DNA of 64,000 nt from a virus: positions 1 through 64,000 of IMG/VR virus record IMGVR_UViG_3300013126_001527. One strand, written 5' to 3'. Under the pieces are notes generated by a model that was not told where the DNA came from, did no database searches, and saw nothing but the letters and a program-made list of their open reading frames with translations. Both the position numbers and the translations under genes were made by a program. Shown here in pieces: positions 1 through 10,366 of the stretch; position 1 is the first letter of the stretch; every line of letters starts with the position of its first letter.

Positions 1-2
1 CA

Positions 3-1052
3 GGCTTCAAGAACCGCATTATCAATGGTGCGATGATGATTGACCAGCGTAATGCTGGGGCTAGTGTGAATATGGCAGCATTGGATGGTGGGTATTGTCT
101 TGATAGATGGAGAACTCAAAAAAATGGGTCTGGCGTTTTAGCTTTACAACAAACATCAACAGCGCCAGCAGGATTTTCTAGCTCATTAAAAGTAACGGTA
201 TCAACAACCTCAACACCATCAGCAGGTGATTTTTATACTATTGGGCAGATTATTGAAGGATATAACTTTGCTGACATGGCTTGGGGAACATCAAGCAATC
301 AAGCAATTACTATTTCATTTTGGGTTCAATCTAGCGTAACAGGAACATATACAGCAAGTGTATATAACTATGGGGTAGGTGCTTATGCATATCCAGCTAC
401 ATTTACAATAAATTCTGCTAATACTTGGGAACAAAAGGCTGTAACAATTAGCGGAGCAACTTCTGCTGCATCTGGAACATGGGTTACTGGAAATACAGGC
501 TCTTTATACTTGCGTGTTGATTTAGGTTCTGGTTCTAGCTTTAACGGAACAGCAAATGCATGGAACTCTACAGGTGGATTTAGAACTTCATCTTCAGTGT
601 CGTTAATTTCTAACGCATCTGCTACCTTCTACATCACAGGTGTTCAACTAGAAAAAGGCTCTACCGCTACATCATTTGACTATAGACCGTATGGTACAGA
701 GTTGGCGTTATGTCAGAGGTATTATGTCGATTTGGCAAACAACGGCGGCGCTACTCAAAACTCTTGGCGTGCCATCGGTTTTGCCGCAACCTATACAACA
801 ACTCAGGGTACTTACGTCGTTCAGGTTCCTGTGCCAATGAGAACCCTACCTTCTCTGTCCCAGTCGGGAACTATGTATTTGCAAAATTTGGGAGCCACAT
901 CGGTTTCAAGTTTTGGTGGCCCCTATTCGATGGCGGGGACGGTTATTGAAGGAGATTTCACGATGGTAGGCGCTGTGACAGCAAACACCACTGCTATTTT
1001 GCGATGGAACAATTCGTCCACTCAAAAGTTTGCTTATTCTGCGGAGTTGTAA
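3..1052 (+). CDS. Tail fibre / carbohydrate-binding-like virion protein, 5' truncated by window edge
   Basis: Frame open from nt 3 (GFKNRIINGAMMIDQRN); ITGVQLEKGSTATSFDYRPYGTELALCQRYY motif typical of phage tail-fibre C-terminal modules. Confidence 0.75.
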   Translation, partial: GFKNRIINGAMMIDQRNAGASVNMAALDGGYCLDRWRTQKNGSGVLALQQTSTAPAGFSSSLKVTVSTTSTPSAGDFYTIGQIIEGYNFADMAWGTSSNQAITISFWVQSSVTGTYTASVYNYGVGAYAYPATFTINSANTWEQKAVTISGATSAASGTWVTGNTGSLYLRVDLGSGSSFNGTANAWNSTGGFRTSSSVSLISNASATFYITGVQLEKGSTATSFDYRPYGTELALCQRYYVDLANNGGATQNSWRAIGFAATYTTTQGTYVVQVPVPMRTLPSLSQSGTMYLQNLGATSVSSFGGPYSMAGTVIEGDFTMVGAVTANTTAILRWNNSSTQKFAYSAEL

Positions 1053-1053
1053 A

Positions 1054-1218
1054 ATGTACAAAACAATCACCACTCAAGGCGGCGAAAGCATCATCAAGAC
1101 CAATGATGATGGCTCAACAACTTCTTTTGCAAAGAGTGAAAACAACACAGACTACCAAGCCTATCTAGCATGGCTTGACGAAGGCAACACACCAGAACCT
1201 GCGGATGAGGTAAAGTAA
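1054..1218 (+). CDS. Small tail-fibre-associated (assembly chaperone-like) protein
   Basis: ATG 1054 directly after fibre stop; NTDYQAYLAWLDEGNTPEPAD motif typical of small genes that follow phage fibres. Confidence 0.65.
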   Translation: MYKTITTQGGESIIKTNDDGSTTSFAKSENNTDYQAYLAWLDEGNTPEPADEVK

Positions 1219-1386
1219 TTGTTCGGAATTAGCACATTTGCCCAAGTACCTTTTGCTAGCTTAGCATCAACAGCACACGTTGCTTCGATGACTGAGAATG
1301 TAGGTATGGCTGACGCTAATACACAAGTTTGGTCTTTCCAACAAGCGCTTCAATTAGTGTCTGGTAATTCAAATGCACTTCATTAG
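1219..1386 (+). CDS. Short ORF (55 aa), possibly truncated virion-protein remnant
   Basis: TTG start, GAGG upstream; MFGISTFAQVPFASLA...; not in ORF track (<60 aa). Confidence 0.35.
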   Translation: MFGISTFAQVPFASLASTAHVASMTENVGMADANTQVWSFQQALQLVSGNSNALH

Positions 1387-1567
1387 TGGCTTTATCATAG
1401 CTGCTGTGTTGACACCATTCATCGGTGCTTACTCTATTGCTGTAGTGGCTGTTATTGCGTTACTAAAAGAGATATACGACTACCTACACCCTGACAAGCA
1501 CACTGCTGACTTTTGGGATTGGGTAGCTACTATTCTTGGTGGATTATTAGGTGCAATTTTATTATAA
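1373..1567 (+). CDS. Small membrane protein
   Basis: Hydrophobic segments, KEIYD and D-x-x-D-x-x-AT motifs; may lack its N-terminus. Confidence 0.5.
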   Translation: MHFISGFIIAAVLTPFIGAYSIAVVAVIALLKEIYDYLHPDKHTADFWDWVATILGGLLGAILL

Positions 1568-1650
1568 ATATATAAAACAGGAATAATATCTGTAGCGCCA
1601 GCAGGGTTTATAAACTCGCTGAAATCTTCCAACAAACTGCCGATTAAAAT

Positions 1651-1658
1651 TATAAATA
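1651..1658 (+). promoter_or_regulatory. T4-type late promoter TATAAATA (second copy at 1563-1570)
   Basis: Exact T4 late consensus upstream of structural gene at 1687. Confidence 0.6.
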
Positions 1659-1686
1659 ATATAAACATTGCGGATAGGGAAGCAAT

Positions 1687-2010
1687 ATGACAACAAATAA
1701 TCTTGACTTTAAAGTCAAAAATGGACTACAAGTAGGTACTGATGCAGTAATTACAGGATCAGCAACAGCTACTTCATTTATTGGAGATGGGTCAAGCTTG
1801 ACTGGTCTTCCTACTCAAGCATCATTATCAGTTGATGATCTTATTACGCTTTCAGGTGTTTCTGAAGGTTCTGCAAATCTGGGTTCTTTTACCGGAACTA
1901 CAATCGCAAATAACTCAACAGTTAAATCTGCTGTACAACAATTAGAAACATCGGTAGAAACTAAAGCTGATGTAGGTGTTGCGGCTGCTTTATCAATTGC
2001 TCTAGGATAA
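1687..2010 (+). CDS. Virion structural / short fibre protein
   Basis: DFKVKNGL N-terminus, ATSFIGDGSSLTGL fibre motif, C-terminal ALSIALG. Confidence 0.55.
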   Translation: MTTNNLDFKVKNGLQVGTDAVITGSATATSFIGDGSSLTGLPTQASLSVDDLITLSGVSEGSANLGSFTGTTIANNSTVKSAVQQLETSVETKADVGVAAALSIALG

Positions 2011-2013
2011 TAA

Positions 2014-2340
2014 ATGGAAACCGCATTCACCTCTTATGTAAATAAAGATGTAGGTACTTCGGCTGCTACTATAGTAACTGCCGCAACTTCTACTCAAGTA
2101 ACTTTAATTGGTATGTCCTGTTCTAATACAACAGTTAATCCAGTTACGGTTGATGTGTATATCACAAGATCAGCAACAAACTATTATTTAGTTAAAGGTG
2201 CAACTGTACCTGTTGGTGGTTCATTAGTTACTATTGGTGGGGATCAAAAAGTAGTATTAATTGCTGGAGATATACTTAAAGTATTATCTTCTGTTGCATC
2301 TTCTATAGATGTTATAACATCATCTTTGGTAACAAGTTAA
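2014..2340 (+). CDS. Conserved small virion protein
   Basis: VKGATVPVGGSLV...QKVVLIAGD motif; paralogous to N-terminus of gene at 63476. Confidence 0.6.
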   Translation: METAFTSYVNKDVGTSAATIVTAATSTQVTLIGMSCSNTTVNPVTVDVYITRSATNYYLVKGATVPVGGSLVTIGGDQKVVLIAGDILKVLSSVASSIDVITSSLVTS

Positions 2341-2341
2341 T

Positions 2342-5300
2342 ATGGCATATATTGGGAATACACAACAGAATCAAAACTACGTTCCAGCCGTTGATTATTT
2401 CAATGGTGACGGTGCCACTGTAGCATTTACACTTAGCCGTCCTGTAGCTTCTGTAGCTCAGGTTCAAGCTGTTATTGAGAATGTCCCACAAAACCCCGGC
2501 AGTGCATATACAGTCAGTGGCAATACAATCACGTTTACATCAGCACCGCCATTAGGCACAAGCAATATCTATGTGTACTACACAAGTCCTAATACGCAGG
2601 TAGTTCAACCTGGACAGGGTACTGTAAGCCCAAGCTCATTAAGCACAGGCGGACTATATTGGGATACAATCGGTAATGTTGGGATTGGTACAAGTAGTCC
2701 TAACGCTAAATTAGAAGTATATGGGCAGCGTATACGTGTAAATGCAACCCCTGACCCCGGTATTGAATTTGCAAATACATCTGCTGTTAAAGGCTATGTA
2801 TTCTATGATACAACTAATGATTTGATGACAATGCGTCACGCATCTAGTACAGGTATCAATCTAAACTCCTCTGGTAACGTAGGGATTGGTACAAGTAGTC
2901 CTGTAGATTTACTTACAATTTATCGTTCATCTGGTTCTGGTATTACTTCTGGTATTTCATTACAAACTGCTGCTGGTGGTGTTGGTGATGGGTCTTATAT
3001 TAAATGGACAGGCGCAAGTACCAATGAAAAAATTGCTCGTATTGATGGTGTTGAAGAAGGAACGGATTTAGGCTCAATTAGATTTAACACAGGTAATGGC
3101 GCAGATAGTTTTGCAGAACGCATGCGTATCAGCAACCACGATCTCACTGCAAATAGTTTTATCAGCACTGCGCAACATACTAATAGTAATACTGAGGGCG
3201 TATATAAAATTAACACTGCGAATACCAATTATATTCTTTACTATCCTCGTCGTTTAACAGGGTTAAAACTTGGATATCCTCTTAATAAGTTTGACTCACA
3301 GATACGCAAGGCTGATATTTTTGGTGGTGCAGAATTGCCTATAACTAGTATCTCAAGTGATGTTTCTAATCCGAGTACTATCACAGTAACAACTCCATAT
3401 GCACACGGTCTTGGTCCGGGTACACCAATTATTGTTAATATCACTAATAGTCCAAGCTCAGGCAAAGAATATGCCGAAGGGTCATTTAATATTTTAAGTA
3501 TTCCATCAACAACAACTTTCACATACCAGGCTAAAACTGGCTTAGATGTTAGTGATGATATCGAAGCAACAATTTATATAAGACCAAGTTCATTCTTTGT
3601 ACATAGACCTTTTGACGGTGGTGTATTAATTGGCTCAGGTACTCCACACCACGGTGCAATGTCTGCACGCCAAAGTAAAAAATACTTCCGTTATCAATCA
3701 GGTAAAGGACTTGTGTGGACAAGTGGTACACTGTTAAGTACTAACTTTGACGTAGTAAACGTCAGTGCTACAGGTACAGCAGTGAGTGGTAACACTATTA
3801 GCATTACTACCGAGGTTGAACATTACCTACAAATTGGTGCCAACGTTCGATTGAGTGGAGTTACTACCACAGGCTACGAAGGTTACTATCGAGTATATGG
3901 TATTACTAGCGACACTGCATTTACAGTAGCGTTAAACGAAGAACTTGGATCAAGTGCACCTACACTAGATCTACAACCAAAACTTAACCTAATAGGATGG
4001 CACGGCGGATCTGTACGTGCGGGTATATTTGATGACCAAAATGGTGCATTCTGGGAAAATAACGGAACTCATATCAACGTGGTGTTACGTTCAGCTACAT
4101 TTCAGCTTGCGGGTACTGTAAGCATGGAAGTCGGCAGTAACTATGTAACTGGTGACGGTAACTGCCGTTTCTTAGAACAGCTTAAAATTTATGACCGTAT
4201 TGTAGTACGAGGCATGAGCCATACAGTAACCAGCATTATTAATAATAACTCGTTAACTGTTAGCCCAGCTTGGCGCGGAGTAAGTAACCAAACACGTGTT
4301 AAAGCTAGTCGCGTAATTGATCAGCGTATTCCACAAAGTCAGTTTAACATTGACAAAGTTGACGGCACAGGACCAAGTGGTTATGTGTTGGATGCAAGTA
4401 AAATGCAGATGTTGCTGATCCAGTATACGTGGTATGGTGCTGGTTTCGTAGACTTTGGTCTACGTGGCCCACTAGGCAACTACATTATGTGTCATCGTAT
4501 ACAAAACAACAACGTCAATGATGAAGCATATATGCGTTCAGGTAACTTACCTGTACGGTATTCTGCAAACAATGAAGGCCCTACTGCAAGATTATCTACA
4601 GCTGCTAACACCAGTGTAACTACATTTACAGTTGATGATGCTAGTCAATTTCCAGCAGCAAGTGTAGCTTATCCATTCTATGTGCAAGTAGAAAACGAAG
4701 TAGTTAAAGTACAAGGACATACTCCGGGTACTAATACATTTACTAACTGCACTCGCGGTGCTACATTTACTCTATGGCAAGATGGGTCTAGTAAATCATT
4801 TACTATGGGCAGTGCTACCACTCACTCAGCAAACGTTGGTGTCACATTATTAGATTGCACATCAAGTCCAACCCTAAATCACTGGGGTAGTGCAGTTATT
4901 ATGGACGGTGGTTTTGACCAAGATCGTGGTTATGCGTTTACCTACGCACGCAATAACATGGCGTTGCCTAGCACTGCTGGTGCAAAATCCACAGTATTCT
5001 TAATGCGTTTGGCACCAAGCGTAAGTAACACTATTATTGGTGATATTGGTCAGCGAGACTTGATTAACCGTGCGCAATTGATTCTTGAGAACATGGTTGT
5101 AAACGTAACTGGCGGACGTTTCGTTGTTGAAGGGATTTTAAATCCAACTAATGTTACATCAAACACAATTGAGTGGATTGATCTAAATACAGAAAACAAC
5201 GGAAATCAACCAAGTTTTACACAGTTTTCAACGGCATTTGAGTTTACTGACAGTGCAACTGGTGGTGTAATTGGTGCGTTGCGTAATGAATTTGGTGGTA

Positions 5301-5836
5301 TGGACCGTTCGGGTATTGCACCGTCGACGTTTGTTCGATATATCAATTACGCCAAACTTGGCACAACACCTGGTATGACTACCAGCGGTGCAGGTACAGG
5401 TGCCAATGTTAGTATTTGGAAAACATATTCAGGTACAAGCACAGTAAACTATGTTACTACACAGATTGTTGTTTGGGAACAGGGTACTGGTTTTGCTGTA
5501 GGCGATACTATTACTGTACCTGGTAACATTTGGACTACCTCAACTACCAGCACATCATATAGTGGCACTGCGCCGACTAATAATGTTACCTTAACCGTGT
5601 TAGCTGTGGCACAGGGTGTTGAAGGTGGTGAACGTTTATTTGCTATCCCAGTAAGTACAACAAACTCAGGCTTCTTAGATCTAAGCAAAGTTAAACAAAT
5701 TGGTACTAGTGCTATCCCAGGCAATGGAATTTACCCAGACGGTCCAGAAGTATTGGCTATTAACGTTACTGCAATTACTCCAGGTAGTGCTGCAACAGGA
5801 GACTTCCAAATTACGTTCTCAGAAACACAAGCGTAA
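2342..5836 (+). CDS. Large tail fibre/baseplate-associated structural protein (mosaic)
   Basis: 1164 aa, T/S/G-rich; two GNVGIGTSSP repeats; TVTT..HGL beta-modules; abrupt change of sequence character near 3130-3190. Confidence 0.7.
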   Translation: MAYIGNTQQNQNYVPAVDYFNGDGATVAFTLSRPVASVAQVQAVIENVPQNPGSAYTVSGNTITFTSAPPLGTSNIYVYYTSPNTQVVQPGQGTVSPSSLSTGGLYWDTIGNVGIGTSSPNAKLEVYGQRIRVNATPDPGIEFANTSAVKGYVFYDTTNDLMTMRHASSTGINLNSSGNVGIGTSSPVDLLTIYRSSGSGITSGISLQTAAGGVGDGSYIKWTGASTNEKIARIDGVEEGTDLGSIRFNTGNGADSFAERMRISNHDLTANSFISTAQHTNSNTEGVYKINTANTNYILYYPRRLTGLKLGYPLNKFDSQIRKADIFGGAELPITSISSDVSNPSTITVTTPYAHGLGPGTPIIVNITNSPSSGKEYAEGSFNILSIPSTTTFTYQAKTGLDVSDDIEATIYIRPSSFFVHRPFDGGVLIGSGTPHHGAMSARQSKKYFRYQSGKGLVWTSGTLLSTNFDVVNVSATGTAVSGNTISITTEVEHYLQIGANVRLSGVTTTGYEGYYRVYGITSDTAFTVALNEELGSSAPTLDLQPKLNLIGWHGGSVRAGIFDDQNGAFWENNGTHINVVLRSATFQLAGTVSMEVGSNYVTGDGNCRFLEQLKIYDRIVVRGMSHTVTSIINNNSLTVSPAWRGVSNQTRVKASRVIDQRIPQSQFNIDKVDGTGPSGYVLDASKMQMLLIQYTWYGAGFVDFGLRGPLGNYIMCHRIQNNNVNDEAYMRSGNLPVRYSANNEGPTARLSTAANTSVTTFTVDDASQFPAASVAYPFYVQVENEVVKVQGHTPGTNTFTNCTRGATFTLWQDGSSKSFTMGSATTHSANVGVTLLDCTSSPTLNHWGSAVIMDGGFDQDRGYAFTYARNNMALPSTAGAKSTVFLMRLAPSVSNTIIGDIGQRDLINRAQLILENMVVNVTGGRFVVEGILNPTNVTSNTIEWIDLNTENNGNQPSFTQFSTAFEFTDSATGGVIGALRNEFGGMDRSGIAPSTFVRYINYAKLGTTPGMTTSGAGTGANVSIWKTYSGTSTVNYVTTQIVVWEQGTGFAVGDTITVPGNIWTTSTTSTSYSGTAPTNNVTLTVLAVAQGVEGGERLFAIPVSTTNSGFLDLSKVKQIGTSAIPGNGIYPDGPEVLAINVTAITPGSAATGDFQITFSETQA

Positions 5837-5855
5837 TTATTTTGTACTAAAGACT

Positions 5856-5881
5856 ATAGGACCTGCGGGTCCTATTTTCTT
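5856..5881 (+). terminator. Rho-independent terminator
   Basis: ATAGGACC-tgcg-GGTCCTAT followed by T-rich tail. Confidence 0.65.
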
Positions 5882-5882
5882 G

Positions 5883-5889
5883 ATAAATA
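5883..5889 (+). promoter_or_regulatory. Late promoter ATAAATA
   Basis: T4 late-like motif between terminator and gene at 5913. Confidence 0.55.
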
Positions 5890-5912
5890 CTCTAAAGACA
5901 TGAGCGGAAATA

Positions 5913-8900
5913 ATGGCACTAACAAGACCTAGAGCAAGTCAGATCAATACCGTTATAACTAACGTAACTGACCCCTTAATTGTACTCAACAACGGCAGCA
6001 CCACAGCCAACATTGATGTTGGCCTGGTTATGAATCGCAACAATGGAACTTTACCAAATGTTGCTTTTTTCTGGAACGAAAGTGCCAATAGTTTTGTTGC
6101 AAGTTTTACAACATCCACAGGCGGCACAAATGCTAATGTAGTTGTCGGCGAATATGCCAATGTTCGTGTTAACACCTTAACTGGCGACATTGTATCAACG
6201 CTAGGGAATATTGCTAGTTTAACTTCTAGTAATTTAGTATTACCTGGCACATTGACTCTCGGTAGTCAAATATTCTACACACAGGGTAGTGATGGTTTTA
6301 GTGTCAATGAGGATTTTAATATTGGCAACGCTACTATTACAGGATATCACTATACATCGGGCGCCGGGCGCAACAGTGTGGCATTTACCTTGGCTAGAAC
6401 AGGGCAGTTCACTAACGGGTTTGGTATCCATGGAACCACTAGCGATAATAAATTTGTAATTGGCAGTGAGTATGCAAATTCAACATTCCAATTTAAAAAA
6501 TCCATTGGAATGCCATTTGACGTTTCTGGCGGTACTACTCTATTTGAGATCTTACCTACCGGTAACTTAACTGTCTATGGTAGTATTTTACCAGATGCTA
6601 ATGTGAGCTATGATCTAGGTAGTCCAACACAGAGATTCCGAGATGGTTACTTTAGCGGTAATACTATCTACATTGGCAGTGAGCAAATGGGTGTCGATGC
6701 TGATGGTAACTGGTCATTTACCAGCAACGGCGCTACAGTTTCGCTAGGCGCAACTACAGAATTTAACCCGCCAAATGCAAACATTTCAGGAAATGTAACT
6801 GCTACAAACTATCTATTTTCCAACGGCGTCAATCTTATGTCAATGGTTAATAGCGAATTTGGCAATGTATGGGCTAATGCGGCCGCTCAATCTGGTAATC
6901 TTGCAGTGTTATGGCAAAATGGATTGGATATTACCTCAAACATAGTTGCTCTTGACAATTACACTAGCACATTGAGCACTAGAATAGTAGATGCCGAGGG
7001 CAACATTATCGCCATTTACGCCAATCTTAGTTCTGTTGCAGGTAGTCTAGCAACTCTGACTAGTAATGCTGGTGCACAAGCAGGAGCGATTTCTAGTCTG
7101 ACAGGCAACAGTGTTAGCCAAGCATCTGATATCTCAAATTTATATACAATTAAAGCTAACATTGATACACCTACATTTACAGGAAATGCAACCTTTAACA
7201 GTATAGGTGCAGTACAATTACCTAGCGGGACGTCAGACCAAAGAACTGCTGGCACTGCTGGACAAATACGTTATAACAGTGAAACGGGCAGTTTTGAGGG
7301 CTACACTACTACATGGGGCAGTTTGGGGGGTGCCGGTGGCGGCGGAACTCCGGGCGGTGCAGACACTTACATACAGTTTAATGATGCAGGCACTACCTTT
7401 GCTGGCGCTAGCGCATTAAAATACTTTAAAGGCAACGGAGTGATACTAGCCAATGCTGATGTTGTTAGTACATCTAGCACAACTGGGACCATGCAGATTA
7501 TTGGCGGTTTGGGCGCGACTGGGAACACTACCATACAGGGAATATTAACCATTGGTTCCGAAAACATGACCAATGTAGTTGAATTTACCGATACTGTTGG
7601 CGCATTCTATCATAATGCCAACAGTTGGGCACAGGTCACTCTACAAAATTTAAATTCTGATATAGGTAGCAGCAGTGATTTTATTGCTTATGCAAACAAT
7701 GGAGATAATACCAGTGGTTGGATTGACATGGGTATCACTGGAAACAACTTTGTTAATCAAGGTGGGGAGTACGGTATTACCGGGCCCAATGACGGCTATA
7801 TATTCATGGCTGGCAAGGACGGAGCTAATACAGGGGGCAATTTAGTTATTGCAACCAGCGGTTACGGCACACATAACGATATTGTTATTGCTACCGGCGG
7901 GTTTGATAGCATCCACGAAGAAGCCAGATTTGTAGCCCATGTAGGTTTGAAATTAGTCCAAGGGACGCCGAGCACTAGTGCAACCACTGGTGCTCTTCAG
8001 GTTGTTGGCGGCGTGGGCATTGGCGGCAACTTAAACATTCTAGGTGATGCTACCATACAAGGTAATCTAAACATTGTAGGTAATGTTATTCGATTTGAAA
8101 CCAATAGTCTTTCTATTACAGATAGTTTACTTTACCTAGCAGAGGATAATTCAAGTGACTTCTTAGATCTTGGATTAATTGGAAGTTTTACTAAAGACAG
8201 CTACTATCAACATGGTGGTATTGTTAGAGACGCAACCGACGGGATTTGGAAATTCTTTGCCAATGTAGAATCAGAACCTACAACAACTGTGGATTTTGGT
8301 AGTGCTACCTATAGTCCTATCAAAGCAGGAAATATTATTGCCACAGGCAATGTGGTAGTAGGATCTAATATTCGTGTAACAGGCGCTCTATTAAACTCAG
8401 CTGGAGAAGCTGGCATACCGGGGCAATATCTCACTACTACAGGAACTGGGCTTGCCTGGACTGATATCGAAGCAGGTGCGCTGTACACTGCGGCTAACAC
8501 TGCACCATCGTCACCAACAGTTAACGACGTTTGGTATGATACCGACACTGGAATTTTGTTCCAATATCAAGATGATGGCGATACTGAGCAATGGGTAGAC
8601 ATTAGTTCAGTTGCCTTAAATACCAATGTAGCTACGGTGGCGGGTACTAGTTTAAGTATCTCAGGCAACGGTACAGTAGGTGGCACATTTACATCAGCAG
8701 ATGCTATAACTGTAAACAGCGCAAATTCACCCACTGCCATCGCCAATGGGGGCACCAATGGAGTAGGCAACATTGGCTCTAGTGGTGGTGCATTTAATAC
8801 CATATTTGCTAAAGCAACATCAGCCCAGTACGCCGACCTAGCAGAACGCTACACCTGCGATCAACAATATTACCCAGGAACCGTACTAATATTTGGTGGC

Positions 8901-9206
8901 AGCGCAGAAGTTACATTAGCTACAGATTCACATGATCCACGAGTTGCAGGTGTGGTAACAACGCATCCAGCATATCTAATGAATGACAGTATCCAAGGGG
9001 TTGACATAGCCTTAACCGGAAGAGTACCATGTCGTGTATTGGGTCCGGTAAATAAAGGTGATAGATTGGTTTCTAGTAATATTCCAGGAGTAGCACAACG
9101 CTTAGATCTGGAACAGTATGTTCCGGGATGTGTTATTGGCAAGAGTTTAGAAGTTTTAGAAAATAACAGCGTAACAACAATTGAAGTAGCAGTAGGAAGA
9201 TTTTAA
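5913..9206 (+). CDS. Long tail fibre with C-terminal intramolecular-chaperone autocleavage domain
   Basis: 1097 aa; STSATTGALQVVGGVGIGG repeats, GQIRYNSETGSFEGY motif, C-terminal AQYADLAERY...ALTGRVPCRV...GCVIGKSLE domain. Confidence 0.8.
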   Translation: MALTRPRASQINTVITNVTDPLIVLNNGSTTANIDVGLVMNRNNGTLPNVAFFWNESANSFVASFTTSTGGTNANVVVGEYANVRVNTLTGDIVSTLGNIASLTSSNLVLPGTLTLGSQIFYTQGSDGFSVNEDFNIGNATITGYHYTSGAGRNSVAFTLARTGQFTNGFGIHGTTSDNKFVIGSEYANSTFQFKKSIGMPFDVSGGTTLFEILPTGNLTVYGSILPDANVSYDLGSPTQRFRDGYFSGNTIYIGSEQMGVDADGNWSFTSNGATVSLGATTEFNPPNANISGNVTATNYLFSNGVNLMSMVNSEFGNVWANAAAQSGNLAVLWQNGLDITSNIVALDNYTSTLSTRIVDAEGNIIAIYANLSSVAGSLATLTSNAGAQAGAISSLTGNSVSQASDISNLYTIKANIDTPTFTGNATFNSIGAVQLPSGTSDQRTAGTAGQIRYNSETGSFEGYTTTWGSLGGAGGGGTPGGADTYIQFNDAGTTFAGASALKYFKGNGVILANADVVSTSSTTGTMQIIGGLGATGNTTIQGILTIGSENMTNVVEFTDTVGAFYHNANSWAQVTLQNLNSDIGSSSDFIAYANNGDNTSGWIDMGITGNNFVNQGGEYGITGPNDGYIFMAGKDGANTGGNLVIATSGYGTHNDIVIATGGFDSIHEEARFVAHVGLKLVQGTPSTSATTGALQVVGGVGIGGNLNILGDATIQGNLNIVGNVIRFETNSLSITDSLLYLAEDNSSDFLDLGLIGSFTKDSYYQHGGIVRDATDGIWKFFANVESEPTTTVDFGSATYSPIKAGNIIATGNVVVGSNIRVTGALLNSAGEAGIPGQYLTTTGTGLAWTDIEAGALYTAANTAPSSPTVNDVWYDTDTGILFQYQDDGDTEQWVDISSVALNTNVATVAGTSLSISGNGTVGGTFTSADAITVNSANSPTAIANGGTNGVGNIGSSGGAFNTIFAKATSAQYADLAERYTCDQQYYPGTVLIFGGSAEVTLATDSHDPRVAGVVTTHPAYLMNDSIQGVDIALTGRVPCRVLGPVNKGDRLVSSNIPGVAQRLDLEQYVPGCVIGKSLEVLENNSVTTIEVAVGRF

Positions 9207-9209
9207 CAT

Positions 9210-9803
9210 ATGGCACAATTTCCAAGTACACCCAATAATGGCGATCAAACCACCGTTAATGGTATAACCTATACCTATAACAGTACTAAGACTGCTTGGA
9301 TTCGTAATAGCACAACTGGCGCTAATCTAACAGCCAACAGCCTAACCATCACTGACTCTACTAATAGCTCGAGTACTACAACAGGTGCGCTAGTAGTTAC
9401 AGGTGGGGTCGGCATTCAAGGAAATCTAAATGTAGGTTCATTCTATGCCACTACAGGTATATTCAGTGGACCAGTTGCATACAGTGATCAAATTACAGTT
9501 AGCGGAAATTTAGTAGTATCCGGACCGGCTAATTTTTCAGGAACAGTTCAACTTGATAATGTAACAGCGGCGACTTTTAGTGGCACAACTTCAGTATCAG
9601 GTACGTTCACTTATAATGGCGGCACTGTATTAACTACTGCCAACAGTCCTAGCTTAGGTGCAAACAGTATTATTAGAACAAATAGTAATACTATTGACGA
9701 AGATATTACTATCCCAAGTGGCACCAATGGTGTTAGTGCCGGACCGATCACCATCGCCGACGGTAGAACTGTTACAGTTAGTGGTGATTGGAGTATAGTT
9801 TGA
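9210..9803 (+). CDS. Short tail fibre / adaptor heading the paralogue array
   Basis: FPSTP..GITYTY N-terminus; C-terminal TIDEDITIPSGTNGVSAGPITIADGRTVTVSGDWSIV. Confidence 0.65.
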   Translation: MAQFPSTPNNGDQTTVNGITYTYNSTKTAWIRNSTTGANLTANSLTITDSTNSSSTTTGALVVTGGVGIQGNLNVGSFYATTGIFSGPVAYSDQITVSGNLVVSGPANFSGTVQLDNVTAATFSGTTSVSGTFTYNGGTVLTTANSPSLGANSIIRTNSNTIDEDITIPSGTNGVSAGPITIADGRTVTVSGDWSIV

Positions 9804-10366
9804 GTAACGTTGTAGTAGATGAATTATCAGGTCGTCGCGATGGCAACCATGTAATTGCAGTTCCAGCGGGACAGACTCTACACGTGGCCGGCCACGTAAT
9901 ACAGACTGTGTGGAGAAAAATGGATTATCATGCCACTTATAATAGTTACAATGACACTGTTAGTCGTGATATTGACGGTTTAAATCTATCAATTACACTG
10001 AAAAATGCTAATAGCTTAGTTTATTGTAAATGGTGGTTATTTTATGAATGTCATCACGACATTACATTTCAAGCCAAACGGGGCGGCACTGTGATTGGAT
10101 ACAATTCTGAAGTAGGCAACGTCAGATGGAGTGGCATAGGCGTAGGAGACTATGAGCACAGTCATGATCAAAGCAGTACTCCAACTTATAGCCACATGTG
10201 TTGGGTTGATGCGCCCGGTTCAGTTGGTCCTCACACATACAGTTTAGGTTCAAGGTCTAGCACAGGAACAAACTACGACATTCGTATCAATCGTGCATGG
10301 GCCAATTTTACCAATGACTACGAAGCTGGCGTAAGTTGGTGTGTGCTTGAGGAGATTGCACAGTGA
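9800..10366 (+). CDS. Tail-tip/receptor-binding-like paralogue A1
   Basis: TTG start overlapping upstream TGA, GGAG RBS; YExHHD, STP, WxDxPG, YExGVS motifs shared with A2/A3. Confidence 0.65.
   Translation: MSNVVVDELSGRRDGNHVIAVPAGQTLHVAGHVIQTVWRKMDYHATYNSYNDTVSRDIDGLNLSITLKNANSLVYCKWWLFYECHHDITFQAKRGGTVIGYNSEVGNVRWSGIGVGDYEHSHDQSSTPTYSHMCWVDAPGSVGPHTYSLGSRSSTGTNYDIRINRAWANFTNDYEAGVSWCVLEEIAQ

Noticed and set aside
2672-2902. Near-identical 30-bp direct repeat as a recombination or att site
   Set aside because: Encodes the common GNVGIGTSSP fibre repeat; no recombinase nearby
2995-9142. Many 60-140 aa antisense or alternative-frame ORFs in the track (also elsewhere in the window)
   Set aside because: Nested in long genes with no RBS or promoter; expected shadows of biased codon usage
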